In this document: piece after piece, positions 43,953 through 53,036 of the stretch | How the letters are laid out: each line of letters starts with the position of its first letter | Numbering within the stretch: the stretch's first letter is position 1 | Assembly (NCBI GenBank): GCA_963708805.1 | Contig: CAVPUA010000003.1 | Location: 750,455-814,454, forward strand | Direction: 5' to 3' | Length of the DNA stretch: 64,000 nt | Origin: an uncultured Actinomycetes bacterium | GTDB lineage: Bacteria > Actinomycetota > Actinomycetes > Mycobacteriales > Jatrophihabitantaceae | Translations under genes and position numbers: made by a program | The notes under the pieces: model-generated | What the model was told of the DNA's origin: nothing | Seen by the model: only the letters and a program-made list of their open reading frames with translations | Databases searched by the model: none

Positions 43953-44750
43953 TGGCCGCCGACCTGACCGCGCTGATCGACGACCTGGTCGCCGAGAGCG
44001 TCGTGATCGACGAGATCATCACACCGCTGAGCCCCGAGCAGTGGACGCTGGCCCACGCCGGCCGAGGGCTGGACGATCGCCGACCAGGTCAGCCACCTCG
44101 CCTTCTTCGACGAGACCACGCTGCTGTCGCTGACCGACCCGGACCGCTTCCGCATCGAGGCCGACGAGCTGATCGCCGGCGGCATGGACTTTCCCGACCG
44201 CGTCGCCGCCCAGCACCACGACCGGCCTGGCGCCGAGTTGCTGGCCTGGTTCGTCCGCGCGCGCCGCGAACTGATCGAGGGCTACCGGGCCGTCGATCCG
44301 GACGTCCGGCTGCCCTGGTACGGCCCGGGCATGGGGCCGGCCTCGTCGGTCACCGCGCGGATCATGGAGACGTGGGCGCACGGCCAGGACATCGCCGATG
44401 CGCTCGGGGTGACCCGGCCGGTGACGAACCGGCTGCGGCACGTCGCTCACCTCGGGGTGCGCAGCCTGCCCTACAGCTACCGCGTGAACGGGCTGGACGT
44501 GCCGTCCGAGCCGATCCGCGTCGAGGTGGCCGCACCCGACGGCGACACCTGGACGTGGGGTCCGGACGCCGCCGCCGATCGAGTGACGGGGGACGCCCTG
44601 GAGTTCTGCCTCGTCGTCACCCAACGGCGCCACCTCAGCGACACCGCGCTCGCGGTCAGCGGTCCGGTGGCCGAGCAGTGGATCGGCATCGCCCAGGCCT
44701 TCGCCGGCGCGGCCGGTACGGGCCGCAAGCCGAGGGGAGACGCGGGATGA
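43952..44750 (+). pseudogene. DinB/MDMPI-fold protein (TIGR03084-like, tentative), one frame break near 44048
   Basis: MAADLTALIDDLVAES...EQWTL is followed in another frame by PTPAEGWTIADQVSHLAFFDE...METWAHGQDIADALG (ORF 44184..44750). Confidence 0.6.
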
Positions 44751-46155
44751 GATCGGTGCGGATCGGCAACTCCTCCGGTTTCTACGGCGACCGCAACGCG
44801 GCCTCGCTCGAGATGGTCGAGGGTGGCCCGATCGACTTCCTGACCGGCGACTATCTGGCCGAGCTGACGATGTTGATCTTGTGGAAGGCCAGACAGAAGG
44901 ATCCATCGGCCGGCTACGCGCGCTCGGTGCTCGGTCAGCTCGAACAGGTGCTGGGCACCTGCCTCGATCGCGGGATCAAGATCGTCAACAACGCGGGTGG
45001 ACTCAATCCGGCCGGCCTGGCCGAGGAGCTGACCGCCCTGGCCGAACGGCTGGGTCTGCACCCCAAGATCGCCTACCTGACCGGTGACGACCTGCTGCCC
45101 GACCTCGACGCGCTCATCGCCGCCGGCCACGACCTGGCCCATCTCGACACCGGGCGGCCCCTCGCCGAGGCGGGCGGCAAGCCGGTGACGGCCAACGCGT
45201 ATCTGGGCGCGTGGGGCATCGTCGACGCGCTGGGCTCGGGAGCCGACATCGTCGATCTGCCCGCGGGTCACCGACGCCTCGCTCGTCGTCGGGCCGGCCG
45301 CCTGGTGGCACGGCTGGGCCCGCGACGACTTCGACCAGCTGGCCGGCGCCGTGCTGGCCGGCCACGTGATCGAGTGCGGACCGCAGGCCACCGGCGGCAA
45401 CTACTCCTACATCGACGAGATCGTCGATCGTCGCTATCCGGGCTTCCCGATCGCCGAGGTGGCCGGCGACGGCAGCTTCGTGATCACCAAGCACGACGAA
45501 CACCGGCGGTCTGGTCTCGGTCGGCACCGTCACCGCTCAACTGATGTACGAGATCGCCGAGCCGGCGTACGCGAACCCGGACGTCATCGCCCACTTCGAC
45601 ACCGCCCAGCTCGATCAGGTCGGCCCGGACCGCGTGCGGTGCTCGGCCACCATGGGCAGCCCGCCACCGGCCACCACCAAGGTCGCGATCAACTTCGTCG
45701 GCGGCTACCGCAACACGATGACGCTCGTCCTGACCGGTCTCGACATCGAGAAGAAGGCGGCGTGGGCGACCGAGGAACTGTTCGGCATCCTCGGTGGGCG
45801 CGACCAGTTCGGCGAGGTCGACGTGCGGCTGATCCGCTTCGACCGTCCGGACGCGCCGACCAACGAGCAGGCCACCGCGCATCTGCGGATCACGGTCAAG
45901 GACGCCGATCCGCGCAAGGTCGGACGGCGGTTCTCGAACGCGACGATGGAGCTCGCGCTCGGCGGCTACGCCGGGTTCCACACCACGACGCCGCCGTGCG
46001 GCGAGAGCGCGTACGGCGTCTACTGGCCGGCCCTCGTCCCCGCCGACGCGCCCCGGCACACGGTCGTGCGGCCGGACGGCAGCACGAAGTTGATCGCGCC
46101 GACGCCGTCCGGTCCGGTGCGGTACTCGGCGATCGTCCGGCCCGATCGACTATGA
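44747..46155 (+). pseudogene. AtuA-family (DUF1446) acyclic-terpene-utilisation-like protein, 2 frame breaks (about 45255 and about 45505)
   Basis: MRSVRIGNSSGFYGDR...DFLTGDYLAELTM is followed by LAGHVIECGPQATGGNY (ORF 45351..) and then LMYEIAEPAYANPDV... (ORF 45544..46155). The start overlaps the upstream stop (ATGA). Confidence 0.7.
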
Positions 46156-46156
46156 C

Positions 46157-46504
46157 TTGACGATCGAGACACAGCGACTCCCGCTCGGGTCGGTCTGCGC
46201 CGCCCGGTCGGGCGACAAGGGCGGCAACGCCAACATCGGGGTCTGGACGCGAGATGCGGCCGGCTACGAGTGGTTGCGTACGTACCTCACCGTCGATCGC
46301 CTGCGCGAGCTGATCCCCGAGGCGGCCGATCGTCCAGTGCGTCGGTACGAACTGGCGAACCTGAACGCGCTCAACTTCGTCATCGTCGGGCTGCTCGGCG
46401 AGGGGGTCGCCGCCTCGACCCGCTCCGACCCGCAGGCCAAGGGGCTGGGCGAGTACCTGCGGTCGCGACTGGTCGACATCCCCGCGGTACTGGTCAGAGG
46501 CTGA
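46157..46504 (+). CDS. AtuA-associated small protein (DUF4387-like, tentative)
   Basis: Intact 115 aa from TTG 46157, 1 nt after the DUF1446 stop. Carries an AARSGDKGGNANIGVW motif. Confidence 0.55.
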   Translation: MTIETQRLPLGSVCAARSGDKGGNANIGVWTRDAAGYEWLRTYLTVDRLRELIPEAADRPVRRYELANLNALNFVIVGLLGEGVAASTRSDPQAKGLGEYLRSRLVDIPAVLVRG

Positions 46505-46506
46505 AC

Positions 46507-47107
46507 GTGGTCACCCCGACCGAACCGGCGCGCCGGCGCGACCCCGAGCGCCGCCAGCGAATACTGACCGCCGCGGCCGATCTGGTCGCCGAGCGGGGCT
46601 ACCACGACGTCGGCATGATCGAGATCGGCGCCGCGGCGGGCATCACCGGCTCGGCGATCTACCGGCACTTCGGCGGCAAGTCGGCCGTCCTCGTCGCGAT
46701 GTTCGACCGGGTCATCGACAATCTCGGGCGCGAGGCCGAGGAGATCGTGGCGGCCGAGACCGAACCCCGCGAGACACTGCGCCGGCTCGTACAGACGCAG
46801 GTGCAGTTCGTCCTGGACGAACGGACGCTGGCGCAGGTCTATCACCACGAGATCGCCAACCTGCCCGAGGAAGACCGCCACCGGTTGCGACGCAAGCAGC
46901 GGCTCTACATCGAGGAGTGGGTGCACGTCCTCGCCGTGCTGCGCCCGGACGTCAACGACGGGCAGCTTGCGCGCGCTCGTGCACGCATCGATCGGCGCGA
47001 TCCAGTCGCAGTTGTTCTACGAGAGCGGCTTGCCCCGAGGGCAACTCGAGCGGCTCATGTCGTCGGTGGCCGAAGAGGCACTGTTCGTACCGGCGGACGA
47101 AGCGTGA
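46507..47107 (+). pseudogene. TetR/AcrR-family regulator, one frame break near 46970
   Basis: HTH ILTAAADLVAERGYHDVGMIEIGAAAGITGSAIYRHFGGK is in the main frame. The C-terminus ALVHASIGAIQSQLFYESGLPRGQLERLMSSVAEEALFVPADEA is in another frame, and its TGA overlaps the next GTG. Confidence 0.75.
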
Positions 47108-48093
47108 CCGCGCGCCTGGACTTCTACACCGGCAACGGGCTGCGTCTGGCCGACGCCGTGACGGTCGCGTCGATCACCGAGGCGGCCGGGCTCGGCGGGT
47201 TGTGGACGCTCGAGGCCCACACCGAGCCGTTCCTGCCGCTCGCTCTGGCCGCCGAGCACACCTCGCGCATCCGGCTCGGCACGTCCGTGGCCGTCGCGCT
47301 GGCCCGCAACCCGATGGTCGTCGCCCATCTGGCCCACGAACTCAATCGATTCGCCGCGGGCCGCTTCGAACTCGGGCTGGGGCCGCAGGTGGGCGCGCAC
47401 ATCGTGCGTCGATACGGCGAGAAGTTCGATCACCCGGCCGAACGGATGGCCGAGTTCGTCGAGGCGCTGCGAGCGATCTGGAGCACCTGGAACGACGGAT
47501 CGCCACTGCGGTTCGAGGGGCGGTTCTACCGGCACACGCTGATGACACCCGCCTTCGATCCCGGGCCGTCGGGCTTCGGCTCGCCGCGGGTGCACCTCGC
47601 CGCCGTCGGCCCGCGCATGGTCGACGTCGCGTGCCGGCTGGCCGACGGCCTCATCGCCCATCCGTTGTCGTCGCCGCGGGTGATCACCGAGCGGCTGCGT
47701 CCGGCCGTCGCCGATGCCGCCCGGCCGGACTTCCAGCTCTCGTGTCCGGTGCTCGTGATCACTGGACGCACCGACGACGAGATCGCCTCGGCCCGGCGGC
47801 AGGTGCGCAAGCAGCTGGCCTTCTACGCCTCGACGCCGTCGTATCGCTCAGTGCTCGAGCTCCACGGGGCGGGCGATGTCGCCGATCGCCTGCGCGAGTT
47901 GTCGAGGACCGGCCAATGGGACGCGATGACCGAGTTGATCAGCGACGAGTTGCTGGCCGAGTTCAGCGTCGAAGCGCCGATCGCGTCACTGGTCGCCCGT
48001 CTGCACGAGCGCTTCGACGACCTGCTCGACGTCGTCCTGATCTATGCGCCGTACGAAGTCGATCATGAGCTCTGGCTCGATCTGAACGTCTAG
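47104..48093 (+). CDS. LLM-class (luciferase-like) probable F420-dependent oxidoreductase
   Basis: 329 aa from GTG 47104 within track ORF 46270..48093. TIM-barrel LLM pattern (GRFELGLGPQVGAHIVRRYG, FEGRFYRH). The stop TAG lies inside the IS481 target duplication. Confidence 0.7.
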   Translation: MTARLDFYTGNGLRLADAVTVASITEAAGLGGLWTLEAHTEPFLPLALAAEHTSRIRLGTSVAVALARNPMVVAHLAHELNRFAAGRFELGLGPQVGAHIVRRYGEKFDHPAERMAEFVEALRAIWSTWNDGSPLRFEGRFYRHTLMTPAFDPGPSGFGSPRVHLAAVGPRMVDVACRLADGLIAHPLSSPRVITERLRPAVADAARPDFQLSCPVLVITGRTDDEIASARRQVRKQLAFYASTPSYRSVLELHGAGDVADRLRELSRTGQWDAMTELISDELLAEFSVEAPIASLVARLHERFDDLLDVVLIYAPYEVDHELWLDLNV

Positions 48094-48094
48094 C
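48089..48094. repeat. target-site duplication TCTAGC (left copy)
   Basis: Identical hexamer at 49189-49194. Contains the TAG stop of the LLM gene. Confidence 0.8.
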
Positions 48095-48115
48095 TGTTGT
48101 GACCTGACACGTTGT
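48095..48115. repeat. IS481 terminal inverted repeat (left)
   Basis: TGTTGTGACCTGACACGTTGT matches the reverse complement of 49168-49188. Confidence 0.8.
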
Positions 48116-48116
48116 G

Positions 48117-49088
48117 TCAGGTTGCGAGCCGGCTGGTGGGTGGGTGTCCGCCGAGGGCGGAGTGGCCGCGTCGAGTGTTGTAGTAGTGCAGGAAGCGGTC
48201 AAGGCCTTGGCGGCGGAGGTTGTTGCTGGTCCAGGGTCGGGCGTAGGCCCATTCGGTGAGCAGGGTGCGGTTGAATCGTTCGGCTTTGCCGTTGGTCCAG
48301 GGGCAGCCGGGTTTGGTGAAGCGGCGTTTGATTTGCCAGGCCGAGCAGACCCAACCCCAGTCGGTGCCGTGGCGATAGACCAGGGCGTTGTCGGTCAGAA
48401 CACGGCGCACGCGGATGCCGTGGCTGGCGAACCAGGCCAGGGCGCGGTGCAGGAACCCGGCGCTGGTCGGGTCTTTCTCGTCGGCCAGCACTTCGGAGTA
48501 GGCCAGGCGGGTGTGGTCGTCGATGGCGGTGTGGACGTAGTCGTAGCCGATCTTCGTTTTCTTGTGCCGGTTCGTGACCGACACTGCGGCGTCACGGCCG
48601 TGCAGGCGCCACCCGCCGCCGGTGGGGATCTTGCCCAGCTTCTTGACGTCGACGTGGATCATCGCGCCGGGACTGGGATGCTCGTAGCGGTTTTCGCTGC
48701 GCCGGGAGGCCCGGACCCGCTCGCCGGTGATCGGGTCGATCGCCGCCAGATGCGGTACCTGGTGGCGGGCCAGGATCCGGCCGACCGTCGAGGCGTTCAG
48801 GCCGAGCTCGGCCGCGAGCACGACCGCTCCTCGCTTGCGTCGCCGCCGCGCGCTCAGAACACGCTGCTCGATCCGTTTTGGGGTACGAGCCGGCATCCGC
48901 CGCGGCCGCGAAGAACGATCGCGCAGCCCACCATCACCGCCCTCAGCGAAGCGACGAACCCACTTGTTCACGGTGGCGCGTGAGACGCCCAGTTGCTCGG
49001 CGACATGAGCTGGCGGCCAACCCGCCGCCACACGATCGACCATCAACCTGCGCGAGAACGGCGTCGTACGAGCGTTAGCGTGAGCCAT
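48117..49088 (-). CDS. IS481-family transposase (HTH + rve/DDE integrase core)
   Basis: Intact 323 aa with an N-terminal HTH (VAEQLGVSRATVNKWVRRF) and an integrase core (IHVDVKKLG...VLTDNA...PWTNGKAERFNRTL). Confidence 0.9.
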   Translation of the reverse strand: MAHANARTTPFSRRLMVDRVAAGWPPAHVAEQLGVSRATVNKWVRRFAEGGDGGLRDRSSRPRRMPARTPKRIEQRVLSARRRRKRGAVVLAAELGLNASTVGRILARHQVPHLAAIDPITGERVRASRRSENRYEHPSPGAMIHVDVKKLGKIPTGGGWRLHGRDAAVSVTNRHKKTKIGYDYVHTAIDDHTRLAYSEVLADEKDPTSAGFLHRALAWFASHGIRVRRVLTDNALVYRHGTDWGWVCSAWQIKRRFTKPGCPWTNGKAERFNRTLLTEWAYARPWTSNNLRRQGLDRFLHYYNTRRGHSALGGHPPTSRLAT

Positions 49089-49167
49089 AGAGGACCTCCT
49101 GCGGGTGAATGCCTAGACACATCCACTCCGTCAGGAGGTCCTCCCACGATCAAGCAGGCTCGCCGTA

Positions 49168-49188
49168 ACAACCTCTCGGGTCACGACA
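49168..49188. repeat. IS481 terminal inverted repeat (right)
   Basis: The reverse complement is TGTCGTGACCCGAGAGGTTGT. Confidence 0.8.
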
Positions 49189-49194
49189 TCTAGC
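49189..49194. repeat. target-site duplication TCTAGC (right copy)
   Basis: Identical hexamer at 48089-48094. Contains the stop (CTA on the + strand) of the WhiB-like gene. Confidence 0.8.
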
Positions 49195-49960
49195 CCCGCC
49201 ACTTCGGGCCGCGTCCGAGCCGGATCGGTCCGGTCGCGGCGGCGAGTTCGATCGGCTGGCCGCGCTGGGTGATGCGCAGGACGCCCGCGACCCGCAGCGC
49301 TTCGGCGACCGAGCGCGACTGCTCCATCGCCTCGCGCCCCGACACTCCGAAGACGACGCGGGCGGCGTCACTCGGGCAGATCGTCGCCTCGGCCGGTCGG
49401 TGGCGCAGCAGAGCGCGCATGGCTGCCGCCAGGCGAGTTCGCCGCCCGTCGGCCGTCGACGGTTCCCACCACGGTTCGCCCCGTTCTCCGAGAGCGGTTG
49501 CCGCGTCGTCCACGCGCGTCGTCGCGCTGAGGTCCCCGTGGTCGATCGCGCGCCGCGCGCTGGCCAGCTCCGCGAGCAACTCCCCGCGCAGTTGCTTGGG
49601 GATGCCGGGATCGCCACCGGCGTCGGGGGGTTCGAGTGGGCCGACGTCCACGCACGGCTCCGCGGTGGCCCGGCTCGCATCGATCACCGGTCGGCGCAGT
49701 CGGCGACGCTCGTCGTCGTCGAGTCCGCCCCAGACGCCTTCGTAGCCGTTGGCGAGCGCGCTCTCCCGGCAGCGATCGATCACCGGGCAGCGCGCGCAGA
49801 TCGCCTTGGCGGCCGCGACCTGAGCCAGCGCCAGCCGACCCGACCCGACGGGGAAGAACAGCTCGGGGTCCTCGTCGAGACAAGCGGCCCGCCCACGCCA
49901 GTTGCCGCGCAGTTCGTCGACATCGCGAGAGCGGGCCCGAGTGCCCAGTGGTCGGGTCAT
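49190..49960 (-). CDS. WhiB-like Fe-S transcription factor fused to a DUF3253-like C-terminal domain
   Basis: ATG 49960 inside track ORF 49190..50287 gives 256 aa. Four-Cys pattern AAC...CARCPVIDRC plus GVWGG and an ERRRL basic patch. The C-terminal ICPSDAARVV...GVLRITQRGQPIE...GPIRLGRG resembles DUF3253. Confidence 0.7.
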   Translation of the reverse strand: MTRPLGTRARSRDVDELRGNWRGRAACLDEDPELFFPVGSGRLALAQVAAAKAICARCPVIDRCRESALANGYEGVWGGLDDDERRRLRRPVIDASRATAEPCVDVGPLEPPDAGGDPGIPKQLRGELLAELASARRAIDHGDLSATTRVDDAATALGERGEPWWEPSTADGRRTRLAAAMRALLRHRPAEATICPSDAARVVFGVSGREAMEQSRSVAEALRVAGVLRITQRGQPIELAAATGPIRLGRGPKWRG

Positions 49961-50412
49961 GGCTCGAGCGCCCGCGCCCGGAGACGACGGACTCCGACCA
50001 GGACTAGCACCGCCGACCCGACGCCCAGGAGCAGGCGGCGAGGCAGCGAGGTGAGCACGGCCGACCCGATTGCGATCGGGTGGCCGAACTCGACGTGGGG
50101 GCTGCCGGTGGCGATCCGCCCGCTGGTGGAGCCGCGACCGCGTCCGAGCTGAACGACGGTCCCGCGTGAGCCGGTGACCTCGACGGACAAGCCGGCGCCA
50201 TCGAGCGCGGTGGCGGCCTGGGTGATCACGGTCCGGGCCGACGCCCGGGACCCGACGGACCGCACCGCTCGCGCGGTCTCCGCCCACAGCGCCGACGCGT
50301 CGTCGGTGACGAGCCGCAGGTGGGTGCCGTCGGCGAGCAGGCGGGCATGGTGCGCGCCCACCTGGATGTCCAGGTCTGAGCTCACCTCGAACTCGCCGCC
50401 GGTGTCGCTCAC
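49957..50412 (-). CDS. hypothetical protein with C-terminal TM anchor
   Basis: GTG 50412 (VSDTGGEFEV...) gives 151 aa. Its start overlaps the upstream stop (GTGA) and its stop overlaps the WhiB-like ATG (ATGA). C-terminal hydrophobic LLLGVGSAVLVLVGV. Confidence 0.5.
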   Translation of the reverse strand: MSDTGGEFEVSSDLDIQVGAHHARLLADGTHLRLVTDDASALWAETARAVRSVGSRASARTVITQAATALDGAGLSVEVTGSRGTVVQLGRGRGSTSGRIATGSPHVEFGHPIAIGSAVLTSLPRRLLLGVGSAVLVLVGVRRLRARALEP

Positions 50413-50645
50413 CCTCGGGCTGCGCCTTCGGACGTGGTGATGCGGAGCGTGCCGTTGAGCTTCCAGGTGGCGCGGGGCGAGTCCGGGCCGGTTTCGCGCG
50501 GCACCTCGACCGACATGTCGACGAACTGGTAGTCGATGGCGGCGCCCTTTCCGGTCAGGTAGGCCCACATCTCCTTGCCAAAGTCGGCGAAGCTGCTGCT
50601 GTCGTGGTTCTTGACGTCGCGGGCACCGGTTGCGGTGTCGGTCAT
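50409..50645 (-). CDS. hypothetical small protein (first gene of a 3-gene overlapping operon)
   Basis: ATG 50645 (MTDTATGARDVKNHD...) gives 78 aa with high GC3. No motif recognised. Confidence 0.5.
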   Translation of the reverse strand: MTDTATGARDVKNHDSSSFADFGKEMWAYLTGKGAAIDYQFVDMSVEVPRETGPDSPRATWKLNGTLRITTSEGAARG

Positions 50646-50756
50646 GATTGATCTCCTTCTCCTGGGTGGTTCGGCGGCCGCCAGCCGGATGGTCGGCGGC
50701 CGCCGACACACCCTTGCTACCCATGATGAATCAGAATCAAGCATGAACGCGCTAAT

Positions 50757-51572
50757 GTGAGCAAAAATGAGCAGGAGCGAGCGTTGTTGATCCCGGACCG
50801 GCACCGACTGCTGCTCGATCAGTTGCGCGCGACCGGATCGGGCGAGGTGAGCGAGCTGGCCGTCCGGCTGGGCGTCAGCCCGTCGACGGTGCGGCGCGAC
50901 CTGACCGAGCTGGAAGCCGAGGGCCGGCTCAAGCGGACGCAAGGCGGCGCGTATCTGGACGATCGCGAACCGGGCCGGCCATCCAGCGACGCCAACGCCA
51001 ACTCCAACTCCAACGCCAACGCGGACGCCAATGCCAACGCGGACGCCAAGCTACGCATCGGCGCCGCCGCGTCCGCCCTCATCGGTGACGGCGCGACGGT
51101 GATGATCTTGGCGGGCTCGACGACGGCAGCGATGTTGCCCCACCTGGCCGACCGATCCATCACCGTCGTCACCAACGGACTGGACATCGCATATGCCCTG
51201 GCCGCCTATCCGCGTATCTCCTTGGTGATGCTGGGCGGCGTGCTCCACCGCGAGCAGATGACGTTGCTCGGTGCGATGACCGAGCAGAACATGGCCGACT
51301 TCCAGGTCGACCTGATGTTCGCCGGCGCCTACGGGGTGCACCCCCGGGCCGGTGTGACCGGAAGCAAGCCGATCGCCGCCTCGTATCACCATTCGATGCT
51401 CGAGCACACCGAGAAGCTGGTCGTACTGGCCGATTCGAGCAAGTTGGGACGACGCGGCCCGACCCGGCTGGCCACGGTCGACCAGGTCGATCGGTTGATC
51501 ACCGACGCGGCCGCCCCGGCGGCCCTGATCGAGCGGTTGCGGGACGCCGGCGCTCGCGTCGAGGTCTGCTGA
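50757..51572 (+). CDS. DeoR/GlpR-family transcriptional regulator
   Basis: Intact 271 aa with HTH VSELAVRLGVSPSTVRRDLTELE and a C-terminal sugar-phosphate-sensor domain. The linker carries an Asn/Ala/Asp repeat. Confidence 0.85.
   Translation: MSKNEQERALLIPDRHRLLLDQLRATGSGEVSELAVRLGVSPSTVRRDLTELEAEGRLKRTQGGAYLDDREPGRPSSDANANSNSNANADANANADAKLRIGAAASALIGDGATVMILAGSTTAAMLPHLADRSITVVTNGLDIAYALAAYPRISLVMLGGVLHREQMTLLGAMTEQNMADFQVDLMFAGAYGVHPRAGVTGSKPIAASYHHSMLEHTEKLVVLADSSKLGRRGPTRLATVDQVDRLITDAAAPAALIERLRDAGARVEVC
50988..51050 (+). repeat. imperfect hexanucleotide tandem repeat (GCCAAC-like, about 10 units) inside the DeoR linker
   Basis: gac gcc aac gcc aac tcc aac tcc aac gcc aac gcg gac gcc aat gcc aac gcg gac gcc aag encodes DANANSNSNANADANANADAK. 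Confidence 0.8.
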
Positions 51573-51584
51573 GCCGATCGGGCG

Positions 51585-51863
51585 TTACTTCGTCAGACGC
51601 AGTTTGGGGCACACCTCGCGGCCGCACGTCCGGCAGTGCGATCCGCGGCCGTAGTGCTCGTGGGTGCGCCGTCGGCAGCCACACGTGCACCGGCCCTCGT
51701 CGGACTGGTCCGTTTCGCGATTCGGCGTGCGCGAGGGGGCCGAGCGACCGTCGGTGGAGACTTCGAGCACTACCAGTGAGCAGAACAGCCACAGCACCGT
51801 AAAAACGGCAAACGACATCCAACCTACTTCCGCGATGTCCGGAAGGACGGAGAATGTGTGCAT
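51585..51863 (-). CDS. small membrane protein with Cys/His-rich C-terminus
   Basis: 92-aa ORF with an N-terminal TM (WMSFAVFTVLWLFCSLVVL) and a C-terminal CTCGC...H.H.....HCRTCG...C, possibly metal binding. Followed upstream by a 50%-GC region. Confidence 0.45.
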   Translation of the reverse strand: MHTFSVLPDIAEVGWMSFAVFTVLWLFCSLVVLEVSTDGRSAPSRTPNRETDQSDEGRCTCGCRRRTHEHYGRGSHCRTCGREVCPKLRLTK

Positions 51864-52061
51864 GGCGGTTCCCCTCTGTTACTTCACGTGTGCTATGTGT
51901 TAAGATATGCTAGACAGACACAGCAAGGCAATACAGCAATAAGCCTGAAGTCCGACGTGAAATACGTGCTAGAAAATTTCCACAAAGACGTTCAGTCGGC
52001 GTCAGATGTGGGAAGACCGCTTCGTGGAGGGACGGCGGCCTGAATCCGGGTCGCTACCACC

Positions 52062-52523
52062 GTGACCGGCAGCCATGGCGCCGCCGGGTCGCAGCCATCC
52101 AGCTGGAGGTCGATCGTGCCCGTGTCATGCCCCCCGTCACGCCCGGCCAGCCGCCTGGCGGTCGGCGATCGCGTGATCATCGGCGATGGCCCCGCCTCGG
52201 GGATGGTCGGTGAGCTCGCGGGCGTCGACTTCGACACCGACTTCGCCCAGGTCCGCGTGATGATCCCCGTTCCCTGGGGTCTGCGACCGGGCACGGCCGT
52301 CGTCACGGCCGGCGCACTGCGTCCAGCCCGTCCTCGGCTCGACGAGCTGATCGAGCCGGTTGCCATGCCCCGGCGGGGACGCCCGCGGGTCATCAGCGAG
52401 GAGACCGTCGAGAAGATCGAGCGGCTGTACGAGACCGGGATCTACTCGCACGCCGACATCGCCGGCATCGTCGGCGTCAGCAAGAGCAGCGTGACGTCCT
52501 ACCTCAAGCGGCGCAGCGACTGA
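52062..52523 (+). CDS. hypothetical protein with C-terminal helix-turn-helix; start uncertain
   Basis: 153-aa ORF. The C-terminal GRPRVISEETVEKIERLYETGIYSHADIAGIVGVSKSSVTSYLKRR resembles resolvase/Hin-type HTH. Confidence 0.5.
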   Translation: MTGSHGAAGSQPSSWRSIVPVSCPPSRPASRLAVGDRVIIGDGPASGMVGELAGVDFDTDFAQVRVMIPVPWGLRPGTAVVTAGALRPARPRLDELIEPVAMPRRGRPRVISEETVEKIERLYETGIYSHADIAGIVGVSKSSVTSYLKRRSD

Positions 52524-52547
52524 TCTCGAGGCGTTCCGGGCGTCCGC

Positions 52548-52985
52548 TCACCGAGGCGGTTCGCCGACGCTCCGGCCGCCCCACTCCTCGGGAGCGATGT
52601 CGGCCAGTGTCTCGGAGAACGTCCACCGATGGCCGGCGAGATCGAGCGCGCCGTACTGGCGCTCGCCGTAGGGAAAATCGGTCGGCTCCATGACGATGCG
52701 CGCGCCGAAGTCCTGGGCCCGCCGGTAGTGGGAGGCGACATCGGCGACCCGCACCATGACCGACGCCGACACGTCGCCCGCAGACGGCGCCACGCGTTCG
52801 CCGCCGACATCCGCCACGATGATCGCCCCGTCGGCGAACGACAACTGGGCCCGGTGATCGTCGCCGATGCGCACCCGTTCGGTGAACCCGAACGCACCCT
52901 CGAGCCACCTGACCGCGGCACGGACGTCCGGATAGGTCAGCACCGGGATCACCGTCGCTGACGGGATCGAGCGATTGCTCTTCAC
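52548..52985 (-). CDS. VOC-family (glyoxalase/bleomycin-resistance fold) protein
   Basis: Intact 145 aa. IPVLTYPDVRAAVRWLEGAFGF and DLAGHRWTF are typical VOC patterns. Confidence 0.7.
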   Translation of the reverse strand: MKSNRSIPSATVIPVLTYPDVRAAVRWLEGAFGFTERVRIGDDHRAQLSFADGAIIVADVGGERVAPSAGDVSASVMVRVADVASHYRRAQDFGARIVMEPTDFPYGERQYGALDLAGHRWTFSETLADIAPEEWGGRSVGEPPR

Positions 52986-53036
52986 GACTCCACCCTCTTC
53001 ACGGCTCCAACCTAGGCCGAGCGGACGGCGGCCACA

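Larger units (their letters stand above)
48095..49188 (-). mobile_element. IS481-family insertion sequence, complete (1094 bp)
   Basis: Imperfect terminal inverted repeats begin with TGT (17/21 identical), with a single DDE transposase ORF between them. Flanked by the 6-bp direct repeat TCTAGC, which fits the NCTAGN target typical of IS481. Confidence 0.9.
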
